From positions 96,001 to 160,000 of the IMG/VR virus record IMGVR_UViG_3300023174_000047: 64,000 nucleotides of DNA; one strand, given 5' to 3'. Below the pieces are notes generated by a model. The model had not been told where the DNA came from. It ran no database searches and saw only the letters and a list, made by a program, of their open reading frames with translations. The translations under genes and the position numbers were made by a program. The stretch is from a virus (taxonomy: Duplodnaviria; Caudoviricetes). Below, in pieces: positions 19,148-29,452 of this stretch (position 1 is the first letter of the stretch; the number at the start of each line of letters is the position of its first letter).

Positions 19148-20236
19148 TTAGCTAAGAGCCTGCAATTCGCTAGGTATATCAAACACAGGAATTGCTTTTT
19201 TACCAAATGGTGTCCCCATGTCGACTACGATGAAGCCAGCAGAAGATAATGTATATGTTGCTGATCCTGTGCCAGTTGATGCAACATACTGTGTTGTGCC
19301 TCGTTTTGTGCCTGTTGGAAATTGATTGTAAAAGCCTCCAAAAGCATTGCCATAAGAACTCAATGGCAGGCGCGCAGCATTATAGAGAGAAGACAAAGCA
19401 ATGGTATTGCTCTTAATTTGAATAGAAGCATTATCAACTTTTGCACTCAGTCCTTGAGCTGTAGCAGCAAGCCCACCAGATGCATAAACAAGCAATGAGC
19501 TTGACGTGTTTACTGCGATTTGATTTGATGCATTTATAACAACAGTTGCATTATCAACTTTTGCACTTAAACCTTGAGCTGTAGCAGCAATCCCACCAGA
19601 TGCATAAACAAGTAATGGGGTTAAAGGATTTACAGCAATTTGATTGAATGCATTTAAAATGATGGTTGCATTATCAACATTAGCGCTGAGTGTCTTTGCA
19701 GCGGTTACACCTAAACCGTTGCCTGCAAGTGTGGAAACATTAATGTTGGTGTTATTAATGGTACCAACTCTAATTTTATTTGTTGCATTATTGATGGTAA
19801 TTGTAGAATTATCCACATTAGCACTCAAGCCTTGTGATGTCGCAGCAAGTCCACCAGATGCATAAACAAGCAATGAGCTTGCTGTATTGATGGTGAGTTT
19901 ATTAGATGCATTAAAAATGATGGTCGTATTATCAGCCTGTGGTCCAATGTATTTCCATGCAGATGTCTGTGTTGCTTTTGTACCTGTGAGTTGGTATAGT
20001 AAACTATTTTCCAACACGATATCACCTTGAACTGCAGCAAGAGCAGTCTTGTTAGCTACAATTGGTGTAAAGGCTTTAGATCCCACCGCAATTCCACCTA
20101 CTGTAGCACCATCACCCACAAAGACACGTTTTGAATCAATGGTATATCCTAATTCTCCCTGATCAAGAGTGATCAGTAGTCTTTGAGATTCAAGACCGCG
20201 GCGCAATTTGAGTTTAATAATTTTAATGTCAGGCAT
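19148..20236 (-). CDS. Tail fibre with an Mtd-N-like head and a repetitive shaft
   Basis: KLRRG...LDQGELGYTIDSKRVFVGDG; repeats of LLVYASGGLAAT.QGLSA.VDN. Confidence 0.75.
   Translation of the reverse strand: MPDIKIIKLKLRRGLESQRLLITLDQGELGYTIDSKRVFVGDGATVGGIAVGSKAFTPIVANKTALAAVQGDIVLENSLLYQLTGTKATQTSAWKYIGPQADNTTIIFNASNKLTINTASSLLVYASGGLAATSQGLSANVDNSTITINNATNKIRVGTINNTNINVSTLAGNGLGVTAAKTLSANVDNATIILNAFNQIAVNPLTPLLVYASGGIAATAQGLSAKVDNATVVINASNQIAVNTSSSLLVYASGGLAATAQGLSAKVDNASIQIKSNTIALSSLYNAARLPLSSYGNAFGGFYNQFPTGTKRGTTQYVASTGTGSATYTLSSAGFIVVDMGTPFGKKAIPVFDIPSELQALS
19430..19890 (-). repeat. Coding repeat, about 120 nt (40 aa) unit, three clear copies
   Basis: The core ccaccagatgcataaacaag recurs at about 19473, 19593 and 19852. 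Confidence 0.85.
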
Positions 20237-20239
20237 AAG

Positions 20240-21862
20240 TTAGGAGGGCTGTGGAATATAAAACTTTTTGATATACTTGAAAGCTAACATATAACTCCAA
20301 GAATAACCGCTATAACTTGCAAAAAGATTAGTTGTAACACTAGCAGATTTAATCTCTCTAAACCCATCTGGCCTTATAGATGGAGAATACAAGCCGTATT
20401 TGTTAATTATAGTTGTAAGATATGATGATGTTGTAGCCTTAGCAGCAAATTTATTTTTATAGCACTTTTCTAAGAAACGCCTATCAGGTCGTGGTGGAAT
20501 GTTTACATCTTTTGTTCTATAATCCATGATTGTTGTTACTACATCATTTATACCTATATAAAAGTTCTTATAATACAGTTTATTATCAAGATATAAAATT
20601 ATCGCGGTGCATCGGTCAAGGCGACCATAAATTACATCCCCTATGCCTGTTGTTCTTTTAAATGATGAATTATATATATTATCATCTACACCTACCACAC
20701 TAGTATTCATAGACATTTTATAAAAACCAGCGGATGATGCATCACTACCTCGTATGGAAATTTCAACAGCAATGAGTTTATTCTGTCTCATATAATTAGC
20801 ATCAATGAGATATGTATGGTCACCAGAGTCTATAGTGCAGCTTTGTGGCAAAGCATTAAGTATTTCGTAGTAATTTTCATATGAATAAGTAGTATAAAAT
20901 AACTGAGGTTGATCAACTTCATAGATGAGTGTATTTCCTATGACTAAGACATTCATGTTGGTGCAGTCACCATTTTGACTGAATACATTCACTCTGGTTG
21001 GCAATTGTTCTAAAACAATTGCCCAACCATTATTGCCTGTTGCAGGGGATGCAGGTTTATCAGCAGGGTTAACATGAGAACCCTTGGTGACTTGCACCAT
21101 ATAGCTGTTGTTATTAAACGTGTTATTAAACCATACAGTATAATTACCCGCTTTATTTCTCGTTACTTTATCGATGTTGTATGATGATCTTATGGTTGTA
21201 CTAATTGCAAGAGTGCCTGAATTTGCCAAAGGATTAACTCCATTAGGCAAAGGAAAGGAAAAAGTGCCTGGGTCAACAACTGTGACTGGGTACGCACCAT
21301 TTAATGCTGCATCAGTTGCTGTTAAGCTAATAATTTGACCGTTTGCAAGACCGTGACTCCCCTTACTACAACTAACCAATGTGCTACTTACATCTTGGAC
21401 AATGGTATATAAAACAGCAGTAATGGGTTTGCCGTCAAAATTTACCCAACATTGGCGTATGGGACTCTCATACACCTGCTCAACCAAACCCTTGCTGTTT
21501 AACACAATGGTATCAATTTGATCGTACGATCCTTGTGGATCAGGATCCAAATCAGGCAATGCATCCACTGTAATTTGTCCAAAGTCTACATTGCCGCTGC
21601 CATCTGTTACAAGCGGAAATCCTCGACCAGATGCAGCATCAACATTTGTAAATTCAAGTATGCCGCTTGATAGCCTGCCAGAAATAGACAGCCCTCCTGC
21701 AATTTCAGCACCATTGCCCAAAACACCCAATGCAAGGGCAGAAGCTTGACCGCTTCCATCATAGATGATTTGATTGCCTTGTATAGGTAATGCTGTACCT
21801 TCAGCATGCAATACACCCTGGTATGTTGATTCAACTGTTTGATCGAGGAGATTTTGTGGCAT
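20240..21862 (-). CDS. Tail fibre / virion structural protein
   Basis: Late promoter; located in the fibre cluster; RQCWVNFDG and GNYTVWF segments typical of fibre domains. Confidence 0.55.
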   Translation of the reverse strand: MPQNLLDQTVESTYQGVLHAEGTALPIQGNQIIYDGSGQASALALGVLGNGAEIAGGLSISGRLSSGILEFTNVDAASGRGFPLVTDGSGNVDFGQITVDALPDLDPDPQGSYDQIDTIVLNSKGLVEQVYESPIRQCWVNFDGKPITAVLYTIVQDVSSTLVSCSKGSHGLANGQIISLTATDAALNGAYPVTVVDPGTFSFPLPNGVNPLANSGTLAISTTIRSSYNIDKVTRNKAGNYTVWFNNTFNNNSYMVQVTKGSHVNPADKPASPATGNNGWAIVLEQLPTRVNVFSQNGDCTNMNVLVIGNTLIYEVDQPQLFYTTYSYENYYEILNALPQSCTIDSGDHTYLIDANYMRQNKLIAVEISIRGSDASSAGFYKMSMNTSVVGVDDNIYNSSFKRTTGIGDVIYGRLDRCTAIILYLDNKLYYKNFYIGINDVVTTIMDYRTKDVNIPPRPDRRFLEKCYKNKFAAKATTSSYLTTIINKYGLYSPSIRPDGFREIKSASVTTNLFASYSGYSWSYMLAFKYIKKFYIPQPS

Positions 21863-21884
21863 TGTTGTTATTTATATGGTGTTG

Positions 21885-23768
21885 TTAGTTTAACAAGATA
21901 GTCTGTGATCCAGATACGGAAGGTACAAAGTTGAGAACTCTAGTAGATGTAAGATTTAATACACTATTTTGAATGTTCCAAATTTGTTCAAAGATTCTAT
22001 TGAGTGTTCCTGCACTTGATGCAATTTCATTGTCATGCACATACAAGTTATTCACATTAGTTATGGCTAAACTATCAAATTCCTGTTGTGTGAACCCAGT
22101 TATACCGTTGTTTACTAAATTGCCAATGTAATCATAGCTTGCTGCATACCTGCCCATCAAATAGTTTTTAATATACAGAATATTTGTGAGTATTTTGTGC
22201 AATTCTTTGTTAAAAACGAAAGCTTGAATCATTTCTTTGTCATTAAATTTTAAATCTTTGACACTATAGTTTTGTCTGTCAATGGTTCCTAGCACTGTTG
22301 TGTATTGTGTGTTTTCTAGGTAGTGATTGATTCTATTGAACGTTTCAGTTTTATAGCCTGCAAATATAAAAATTTCATCAGCATCCATATCAGTTGGAAG
22401 CAAGCAGAAACTATTTACTATTACACCTCTTCTAACTCCAATGCCCCCATCATTCCAGCGCCATCTTGCGCGATTCCAACGTGAAAATTCATTGTTCCAA
22501 ATGTGTCGATTAACAAATCCACTTTTATAAAAAAGCCACTTACCAATGGTATTGAATGGTGTATTAACAAATTTTTTAAAAATGTTCGTATTTGTCGACA
22601 TATACATGATGTTGCTATCATTACATGAGAATTGTATACCCTTGAAAAACTCACCTGGTAACAATACATCGTTAATGATGTATTCTTGTTCAACAATTAA
22701 ATCCGCATTGCAAATTTGTAAAATATTCTGTCTACTGACTAATTTTTCAATTATTACATACATCTTGTTATATGTAGCATTATATTCCAAGGCCCGTACA
22801 TCTGATAAAACACCAGCTGTTGCAGCACGTGTTGCAACATATGATAAATTTGTATCATAAATTTTAATGCATCTGTTACCCTTGTCATAGACATACACTC
22901 TGTTGATTGCATCATTTGCATAGACAAGTCCTGGTGAATTAAATTTTGTTTTTGCAAGAGCATTGCCTTCGCCACCAATTGCTGCAACAAGATATCTTCT
23001 GTTTGTAACTGGTGTATCGTTTTTAAAGAATCCAGAGACATCATATTTGTATACATTGTTTTGCTTTGCATCACTAATATACATAAAATCACCAGCAATG
23101 CTAAAGCTACTCAATTGTAAGAATTGCAAGTCACTGTTTACATCTACAAATGTGTTGGTGCTTGTTACATCAAAAGTATTCAAGTGTATATCACTACTCA
23201 GTGCAACAAATGCAGTTGGCGATATGCCTAAAAAAGCATATCCTAAATCATCACTTATTTTGACAGCTTTAAACTGCATTGCGCTGCCAATCGTAGCTAA
23301 ATCAACACTCGATAGTGGTGCAAATGTTACTTGATCAGTAAGTTGTTGCGGAATCCATGCTGGTGCAGCACTCAAACACCCTGCAGAGCGGTCAAAGCCT
23401 TGTGGTATGTCATTATTTGCAATGAAGCACTTGGAATACACATACAATGTATTTGTATATAATTTGTGAAGTCTATCATTGAGTACTCTACCGTTGCAGG
23501 TTTCATTAGCTGCAATTAAAATATCCTTGTTGAAACTGTATGGAAGTGTTATATCATCAACGAGAAGCCGATCTCTAAAAAAAGTTGATTCAATTAAATC
23601 TGCTGCAAAAGTATGCTTATTATTTAATATACGTGTTTTATCCTCAAGTTGTCTGGATGCATATACAGTGCCATTATCTATATGATAATAGCCTGTGTAG
23701 TCAAAGCCTGTAAGAGTAAAGTCTTTGCCATCGGTGTAGCCAAACTTTATTGAAGAATAATCAATCAC
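21885..23768 (-). CDS. Virion protein with NHL/beta-propeller repeats (GTG start)
   Basis: MYISDAKQNNVYKYD and FNSPG...RVYVYDKGNRCIKIYD; TAAATA 5 nt upstream. Confidence 0.65.
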   Translation of the reverse strand: MIDYSSIKFGYTDGKDFTLTGFDYTGYYHIDNGTVYASRQLEDKTRILNNKHTFAADLIESTFFRDRLLVDDITLPYSFNKDILIAANETCNGRVLNDRLHKLYTNTLYVYSKCFIANNDIPQGFDRSAGCLSAAPAWIPQQLTDQVTFAPLSSVDLATIGSAMQFKAVKISDDLGYAFLGISPTAFVALSSDIHLNTFDVTSTNTFVDVNSDLQFLQLSSFSIAGDFMYISDAKQNNVYKYDVSGFFKNDTPVTNRRYLVAAIGGEGNALAKTKFNSPGLVYANDAINRVYVYDKGNRCIKIYDTNLSYVATRAATAGVLSDVRALEYNATYNKMYVIIEKLVSRQNILQICNADLIVEQEYIINDVLLPGEFFKGIQFSCNDSNIMYMSTNTNIFKKFVNTPFNTIGKWLFYKSGFVNRHIWNNEFSRWNRARWRWNDGGIGVRRGVIVNSFCLLPTDMDADEIFIFAGYKTETFNRINHYLENTQYTTVLGTIDRQNYSVKDLKFNDKEMIQAFVFNKELHKILTNILYIKNYLMGRYAASYDYIGNLVNNGITGFTQQEFDSLAITNVNNLYVHDNEIASSAGTLNRIFEQIWNIQNSVLNLTSTRVLNFVPSVSGSQTILLN

Positions 23769-23776
23769 ATCTTTAT

Positions 23777-26700
23777 TTACTCATAATCTGCAAATTCAAC
23801 ACCAAGGATGTTGACGGTTGCAGGAAGCGTTTGCGTAATTTCGCTCAATATATATTGTTGTAATGATGCTTTGAGACTTTCACTAATGATGCCTGAATTT
23901 TTGAGCACAATTTTTACATTGTTTGATTTCATACCGGGTGCACCAAAAGCAAACATACGCTTGATGGTATCAATGTTGCTGCGCAAGCCACAAGGCAAGT
24001 GAAATGTTAAATCGCTAACTGTAGAATCCTGCATAGATAAAAATCTTACATCATTATCTGATAATGCTTTTGCATACAACAATGGATACATCAATGTTGC
24101 ATTGCTTGCAAAGTAAGCATTTTGTTGTTTTAAAAACTGTGGCAATGTCTGACCATTAACAAACTGTGCCGCTCCAAATGCAATTGCATTAGATAAAAGA
24201 GGCTGCTGCACAGCGTATTTAGCAGCACCGAAATTAATTGAATCAGCTACTTTACCATTTATAAAGAGTGTAGCATTGCCTTGTATAGCATCTAATCTCA
24301 ATGCAAAGTGTTTAGTGCCAGGCTGTAATTTACTTAAATCAATGGAAGTTGTAACTGTTTTAATGTCGCGATTGTTGTATTTGTTTTCAAGTTTAAGTAC
24401 AAAATCAAGCTTTTTGCCACGGTTTTGATATTTCTGCTGCAAATAATATGCATTTGTTAAGTTATACAGTGTGTCTTTGTAATACTTTATAGCAGTTGCA
24501 CGTGTTTCAGTAATAATGCCATCTTTGTTGATCTTGGTAAGATAAATGTTGTCATTGAGATCGCGTGACGCTACAATAGTAGCATCAATGTTTTCTAAAC
24601 CAATGTATTCATAACAATTTGCAATTGCAAAGTTAGTAGCGCTCAATGCACTCAATGCAGGATTAGCAAGGATTCTATATTGCAAAACACGCTCACCATT
24701 GAATTTAACAATTTCAGTATCACCATTGAGTATATATATGTTATTTTCTCTATCTGTGCAAAAGTCTCTGATGTACTTGATGGTTGATCCTGCTGAGAGT
24801 GATCGGAATGCTACAAACTGGTTGTTATTTGCATAATTGTATGATATAATCTGATTATCATTGTATAGATAGAGCACAGTATTTTCACCATAAGCAACAG
24901 TCTTTGTGCCTGTGGTACTAACAATGCCCCTATCACCATAAGTTATGCTATTTGATCCTGATGTTGTTGTAAAAGTTGATAATGTCTCAGTGATAAAATT
25001 AAAATGAGACACAGTAGCCTTGTCGGAATGTAAAATATAAATGCTATCACCATTCTGAGCCACATCAATCCAATTGTTTGTAAGTTGTTGCGGAGCAGCA
25101 TCATCATTTGGAATAAGATTCCGAGCTTTCAGTTGAGCAGTTATAAGTTGTGCATAATATTGTGGAGTGTATGCTGGAGTAACACGATACACATAATCAA
25201 CAGCATCTATATCCGACAATCCATTGTCACCAGCATAATAATCTGTACCGTTTTGTATAGCATTTAAGAAGCCACGGAATCCTTTATATAAACCATTGTC
25301 TGTATTTACTTGAAATATAACAGAATTAACTTCATAGGGGGATGTTGTAAAATATTCACGTGCATTAATAATATCGTATTTCAATACACTATTTGCAAAT
25401 GATGTATTGAAGGGCAGCGTCTCAGCATCATAAGATGAAGATTCATCTTGAAACACGAGATTTATAACTCTTGTGATGCTGTTTGATGTTCTTGGTGCAG
25501 ATAACATCAAAAGTGTACACTCATACGAGTACGCATCCTTATCATAATATATATCAGTGTAGTCGCTGAAGAGTTTTACCTGGACGCGCTCGTTATATAT
25601 TGTTTCATCATTATCAAAAAAAGGTAACAGTGTAGCTTTAAGAATTGTATCGCGCATTTTCTGCAATGGTGCGAGTGTTTCACTCATGGATCCGGAATCA
25701 TCAAACCAAATGTTGAGTTGAGTTTTAGTATCGATGGCTGAAATGGCTGCAGCAGATGCACGCTTTACAAGTGTAAATTTGTCGTATAAAGTGCCATCTG
25801 CTTGCAGCTTATATATGGCATTATTTGTAATTATGCCAAAATCACTTGTTGCATCAAATTGAGCAGTTGCAATTGGCCGCTCTGGAATAAGAGTGTTGGT
25901 AATTGGCTCAAAATTACTGTTATAAATGTTAATGGCTGATGTACTCTGCATTAATATAAATGGTGTAACAACAGGATCTATAATGAAACCAAATCCTGTA
26001 CTAGTTAAATTGCCGAGTATCTGATATCCATTGAGACGATTCCAGTCATCACACTTGAGCCAAAATGAAATTGTAAAGCCATAGTTACTATTCACTGCAT
26101 CATAATCTCTAATTACATCATATGAATTGCCATCCAATGCATAAGACTTGCCTGCAATGTATGCATCAGAATATGGTTGATTGTTGCTTGACTTCCACTG
26201 TAGCCCATCAGCTACAAGTGTTTTTGCATGAGTATTGAGCTGCTGTTCAATGCGCTTGTTGCCAATTCTATAATAAAAATATTCAGTATTTGGTGTAAAT
26301 GTGACGTCACTTTTTTTATCAAAGAAATCATAGGCAAAAGATTGCTGCTGCAAATATGCATTTACAAAGTTCTCATATGTTCCATATGTTGCATTGACTG
26401 CCTTTGATGCATCCATTGGAGACATCTTGTTTGTATTGTAATATCTATCAACCCACTCTGCATTCTTCACGTTTGGGCCAGCTGACAACCATGTGCATAG
26501 GTATTGACCATCTGCTCCCTGTGCATCATTCTTTAGAGTGAGAATTTGATCTGATGTATATGGAGAGTCGCCTGCATATGCACCATCTGTACGCAGAGAA
26601 GCATCATTTACATTGAGCTGGGTGTAAGGAAATACAGATTGTGATGTTTTGAATGCAGTGTATGCATCCGACTTAGCAACAAAATCATTGCCTACCATTG

Positions 26701-27775
26701 CAAAGTTAATGCTTATATTCTCATCACCTTTTTCTTGACTGTTGCCAGCTAAGATGTTGGTATATTCTCTATTAATGGGGCCTGGATTGTTGTTGCGCAG
26801 GTTAGTATAACTTGCTTTATCAAGTGTCCCGAGCTGTGTAGCTTGATTTTTTAATACAAAGGGTCTTGCAGGTACCTGTGTTGGTGTGGCATCACAATAT
26901 TGTGATGCTACAATCATGTTACTCGGTAAATCTGTCAAGATAGTCTCATTATCGATGTATAGCTTGTTGATGTCTTCAGTTGCATAAGAAGCCCATGACG
27001 CATTTAATTTAGCATCTGTTTCTAAAAAGTTTGATCTTACAAGCAAATTGAAATTATTAAAGTGCATGTAATTGATTGCATTTGATGCACTTAAAATCTG
27101 CATTTTATTTGAATCAAAACCGGATACACCTAAGAATTTAGTACGGTTGCCTGATAAAGGCTTTCTTAAAAACAGAGATTCACCCGAATTATCAAAAATA
27201 TATTCAAATATTGTTTCATCAATGTAATTGAAGTTCAACTCATCGTATGGTTCATAGCCTGCTGCAAAAACTATATCCTCATTTGAATTAACTGCAAGGT
27301 AGAATTTTTCATGCTTGTATTTGTAACAAATGCGTGCATACTGCTCATTCAACATTTCAATGTTGAATATAGATTGTGCGGGGTAGGGCATTTTATCAAG
27401 AGGCAGCATGCGATGTGATGTTGCCACATTATAATCCTGTGTTAATGTTTCATCTTCATTATCAAAGTATAGATACTTGGTTGAAGCATTAGTCTCTGCT
27501 GTTACAGATACACCGATGCGTGAGTCTAATATAAATCCTGGACGCGTTTCTAGAGTACGCATATCAAATACATCATCTAGTGTGATGTCATTTGACAATA
27601 CCAGTGCACTGTAATTGTTCATTGAAACATCACGTGCACCGAGCATGCAGTTATGCAAAAAAATGTTTATACCTTGCTGATTGTTGCTGAAGCTACCTTT
27701 GAACTTGAAGTCAACATCAGATTCATAAGTGCAGCTTGCACTTGTCATGTGTGTTGAATAATTAAATACCTGCAT
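23777..27775 (-). CDS. Large virion protein with LamG-like segments and an inserted vWA-like domain
   Basis: GFTISFWLK and HFALRLD...ATLFING (LamG-like); NIWFDDSGSM (MIDAS). Confidence 0.6.
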   Translation of the reverse strand: MQVFNYSTHMTSASCTYESDVDFKFKGSFSNNQQGINIFLHNCMLGARDVSMNNYSALVLSNDITLDDVFDMRTLETRPGFILDSRIGVSVTAETNASTKYLYFDNEDETLTQDYNVATSHRMLPLDKMPYPAQSIFNIEMLNEQYARICYKYKHEKFYLAVNSNEDIVFAAGYEPYDELNFNYIDETIFEYIFDNSGESLFLRKPLSGNRTKFLGVSGFDSNKMQILSASNAINYMHFNNFNLLVRSNFLETDAKLNASWASYATEDINKLYIDNETILTDLPSNMIVASQYCDATPTQVPARPFVLKNQATQLGTLDKASYTNLRNNNPGPINREYTNILAGNSQEKGDENISINFAMVGNDFVAKSDAYTAFKTSQSVFPYTQLNVNDASLRTDGAYAGDSPYTSDQILTLKNDAQGADGQYLCTWLSAGPNVKNAEWVDRYYNTNKMSPMDASKAVNATYGTYENFVNAYLQQQSFAYDFFDKKSDVTFTPNTEYFYYRIGNKRIEQQLNTHAKTLVADGLQWKSSNNQPYSDAYIAGKSYALDGNSYDVIRDYDAVNSNYGFTISFWLKCDDWNRLNGYQILGNLTSTGFGFIIDPVVTPFILMQSTSAINIYNSNFEPITNTLIPERPIATAQFDATSDFGIITNNAIYKLQADGTLYDKFTLVKRASAAAISAIDTKTQLNIWFDDSGSMSETLAPLQKMRDTILKATLLPFFDNDETIYNERVQVKLFSDYTDIYYDKDAYSYECTLLMLSAPRTSNSITRVINLVFQDESSSYDAETLPFNTSFANSVLKYDIINAREYFTTSPYEVNSVIFQVNTDNGLYKGFRGFLNAIQNGTDYYAGDNGLSDIDAVDYVYRVTPAYTPQYYAQLITAQLKARNLIPNDDAAPQQLTNNWIDVAQNGDSIYILHSDKATVSHFNFITETLSTFTTTSGSNSITYGDRGIVSTTGTKTVAYGENTVLYLYNDNQIISYNYANNNQFVAFRSLSAGSTIKYIRDFCTDRENNIYILNGDTEIVKFNGERVLQYRILANPALSALSATNFAIANCYEYIGLENIDATIVASRDLNDNIYLTKINKDGIITETRATAIKYYKDTLYNLTNAYYLQQKYQNRGKKLDFVLKLENKYNNRDIKTVTTSIDLSKLQPGTKHFALRLDAIQGNATLFINGKVADSINFGAAKYAVQQPLLSNAIAFGAAQFVNGQTLPQFLKQQNAYFASNATLMYPLLYAKALSDNDVRFLSMQDSTVSDLTFHLPCGLRSNIDTIKRMFAFGAPGMKSNNVKIVLKNSGIISESLKASLQQYILSEITQTLPATVNILGVEFADYE

Positions 27776-27796
27776 ATGAGTATTTAACTCATTGCC

Positions 27797-28786
27797 TTAG
27801 TATTTGATGCAAGGAAGTAATGCAATGTTGCGTGGACGAGCTCCGCCTACCCATGCTTCTGTTGGAGTTGGGCCTTCCGTAAAAGGATTTAGTGTATTAG
27901 TGTATGTATTGCCTTTTAGTCGAACACGCCCGTTATAATTATCTATTAAAGCAGCTTGTGTTAACACATCAAGACTAAGAGCTGCAGATGAATTGGTTGG
28001 ATCGTCATCTAAGGTAGACGTATTCCATACAGCATCATTCCTCTCATCAAAACCAATCAACGATGCATTTTGCGTTGTTCCAAATACACGCCCCCCATCA
28101 ATATTCTTTACTACACCACCTGCTTGATCCCATCCACGAGCAAACAATCCTCTCATGTCAGGCAATTGCCTATAGCTACCATATGTACTTTGTAAAACAG
28201 CAATGAGTGCTGAAAAGTCTGCAGTAACACCTTGAATTGTTGCAGGATTACCACTTGGAATTATATCACCATTGCATACAAGATATCCATATGGTCTTGT
28301 GTCGCCAGCAAACCATATAACAGTACCTGCAGGCACCAGTGGTGGTAAAGAGCTGCCTGAAATAGACGAAAACAATGTATCAACATATTGTTTAGTTGCT
28401 GCATGAAGATTTGCACTGGGGTTACCAAAAAGAGTCAAGTAGCCTGTCATGGTGCTGCCTGAAAGGGCCACAAATGTTGATTTAACATTGGTAAAAACCT
28501 GTGCATCACCTGTATCCACATATTGTTTAGTTGCTGCATTGAGATTAATGATGGGATCCCCAGAAAGAGTCAAGTGGCCTGTCATAGTGCCCCCGGATTT
28601 ACTCACCTTTGTATTGTAAAGGTCAGGTAAAATTACTGCACTCAGTGATTTATAAAGATTTGAAAAAGTAATTTGCTTGGTATACCCATCTGCACCCATT
28701 TGATCTATTGCAAATACATCACCGTTATACAATATAGTTGCTGGAGGTAATTGAGATATATTAACTTGTTGTGCTTGCTGTGCCAT
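27797..28786 (-). CDS. Short tail fibre with a tail-collar domain
   Basis: Two copies of TMTG.LTL.G.P..NL.AATKQYVD; VPAGTVIWFAG, PDMRGLFARG and RPRNIALLPCIKY. Confidence 0.85.
   Translation of the reverse strand: MAQQAQQVNISQLPPATILYNGDVFAIDQMGADGYTKQITFSNLYKSLSAVILPDLYNTKVSKSGGTMTGHLTLSGDPIINLNAATKQYVDTGDAQVFTNVKSTFVALSGSTMTGYLTLFGNPSANLHAATKQYVDTLFSSISGSSLPPLVPAGTVIWFAGDTRPYGYLVCNGDIIPSGNPATIQGVTADFSALIAVLQSTYGSYRQLPDMRGLFARGWDQAGGVVKNIDGGRVFGTTQNASLIGFDERNDAVWNTSTLDDDPTNSSAALSLDVLTQAALIDNYNGRVRLKGNTYTNTLNPFTEGPTPTEAWVGGARPRNIALLPCIKY
28383..28600 (-). repeat. Two-copy coding repeat, 135 nt period
   Basis: acatattgtttagttgctgcat occurs at 28383 and 28518. Confidence 0.8.
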
Positions 28787-28801
28787 GTGTTTATTTATGT
28801 G

Positions 28802-29452
28802 TTAAGTAGAGAGTCGAGGCACAATAGCATATTGAAAAATTCTTGTTGTAATTGGTAGTCCATTGCGGGTTGCAAGTACTTTGCCAGAAATTGATGTAGT
28901 ATCATCATTAATTTGTTGCACCGGTAATTCATCTTTACTCAAATATAAATTAAATACATTACCATTTGCATCACTTGCAAGCGCAAAAATATCATGCGAA
29001 GATGTGGGCATGATTTGTGTTGTTAGTATATTCACTTGCCTGACAGAATTATAATATGAATCTTTAGCTAAATTAAACAGTATTTTATGTGTACCAACAT
29101 AACTTGATGTATAATGCATCACAAAAATTGCTGTGAGTGAAGTAGAAAAGGAAGAGGTCTGCTTCACATAAGTATGATTAATATTTTGAGAAACACTCAT
29201 AATTTTGCCAGATTGCGCAATCTCAATGGCACCTGCAGTTTCAATGGTGTTGTGTATATCTAAAGCATCTTCATAAGTCACACCATCGCCAAAATTACCA
29301 GTGACATGCATAATAGGATCCACCTCCTCTGCAATTTGAAACAAATTAAACACAACTGGCGTTGTCCCCTTGATGAAATACGGCCCATACACTGATGTAT
29401 AGTCAGATGTTGGCTTAGCAGCAGATAGATTAATGTTTAGCGTTGTATTCAT
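28802..29452 (-). CDS. Hypothetical virion protein
   Basis: Translationally coupled to the upstream structural gene; beta-rich. Confidence 0.6.
   Translation of the reverse strand: MNTTLNINLSAAKPTSDYTSVYGPYFIKGTTPVVFNLFQIAEEVDPIMHVTGNFGDGVTYEDALDIHNTIETAGAIEIAQSGKIMSVSQNINHTYVKQTSSFSTSLTAIFVMHYTSSYVGTHKILFNLAKDSYYNSVRQVNILTTQIMPTSSHDIFALASDANGNVFNLYLSKDELPVQQINDDTTSISGKVLATRNGLPITTRIFQYAIVPRLST

Noticed and set aside
16518-20236. Diversity-generating retroelement suggested by Mtd-like N-termini
   Set aside because: No reverse transcriptase and no template/variable repeat pair differing at adenines was seen; the similarity is limited to the anchor domain.
19430-28600. Direct repeats as a CRISPR array or DGR
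   Set aside because: They are in-frame coding repeats of 120 and 135 nt without unique spacers.
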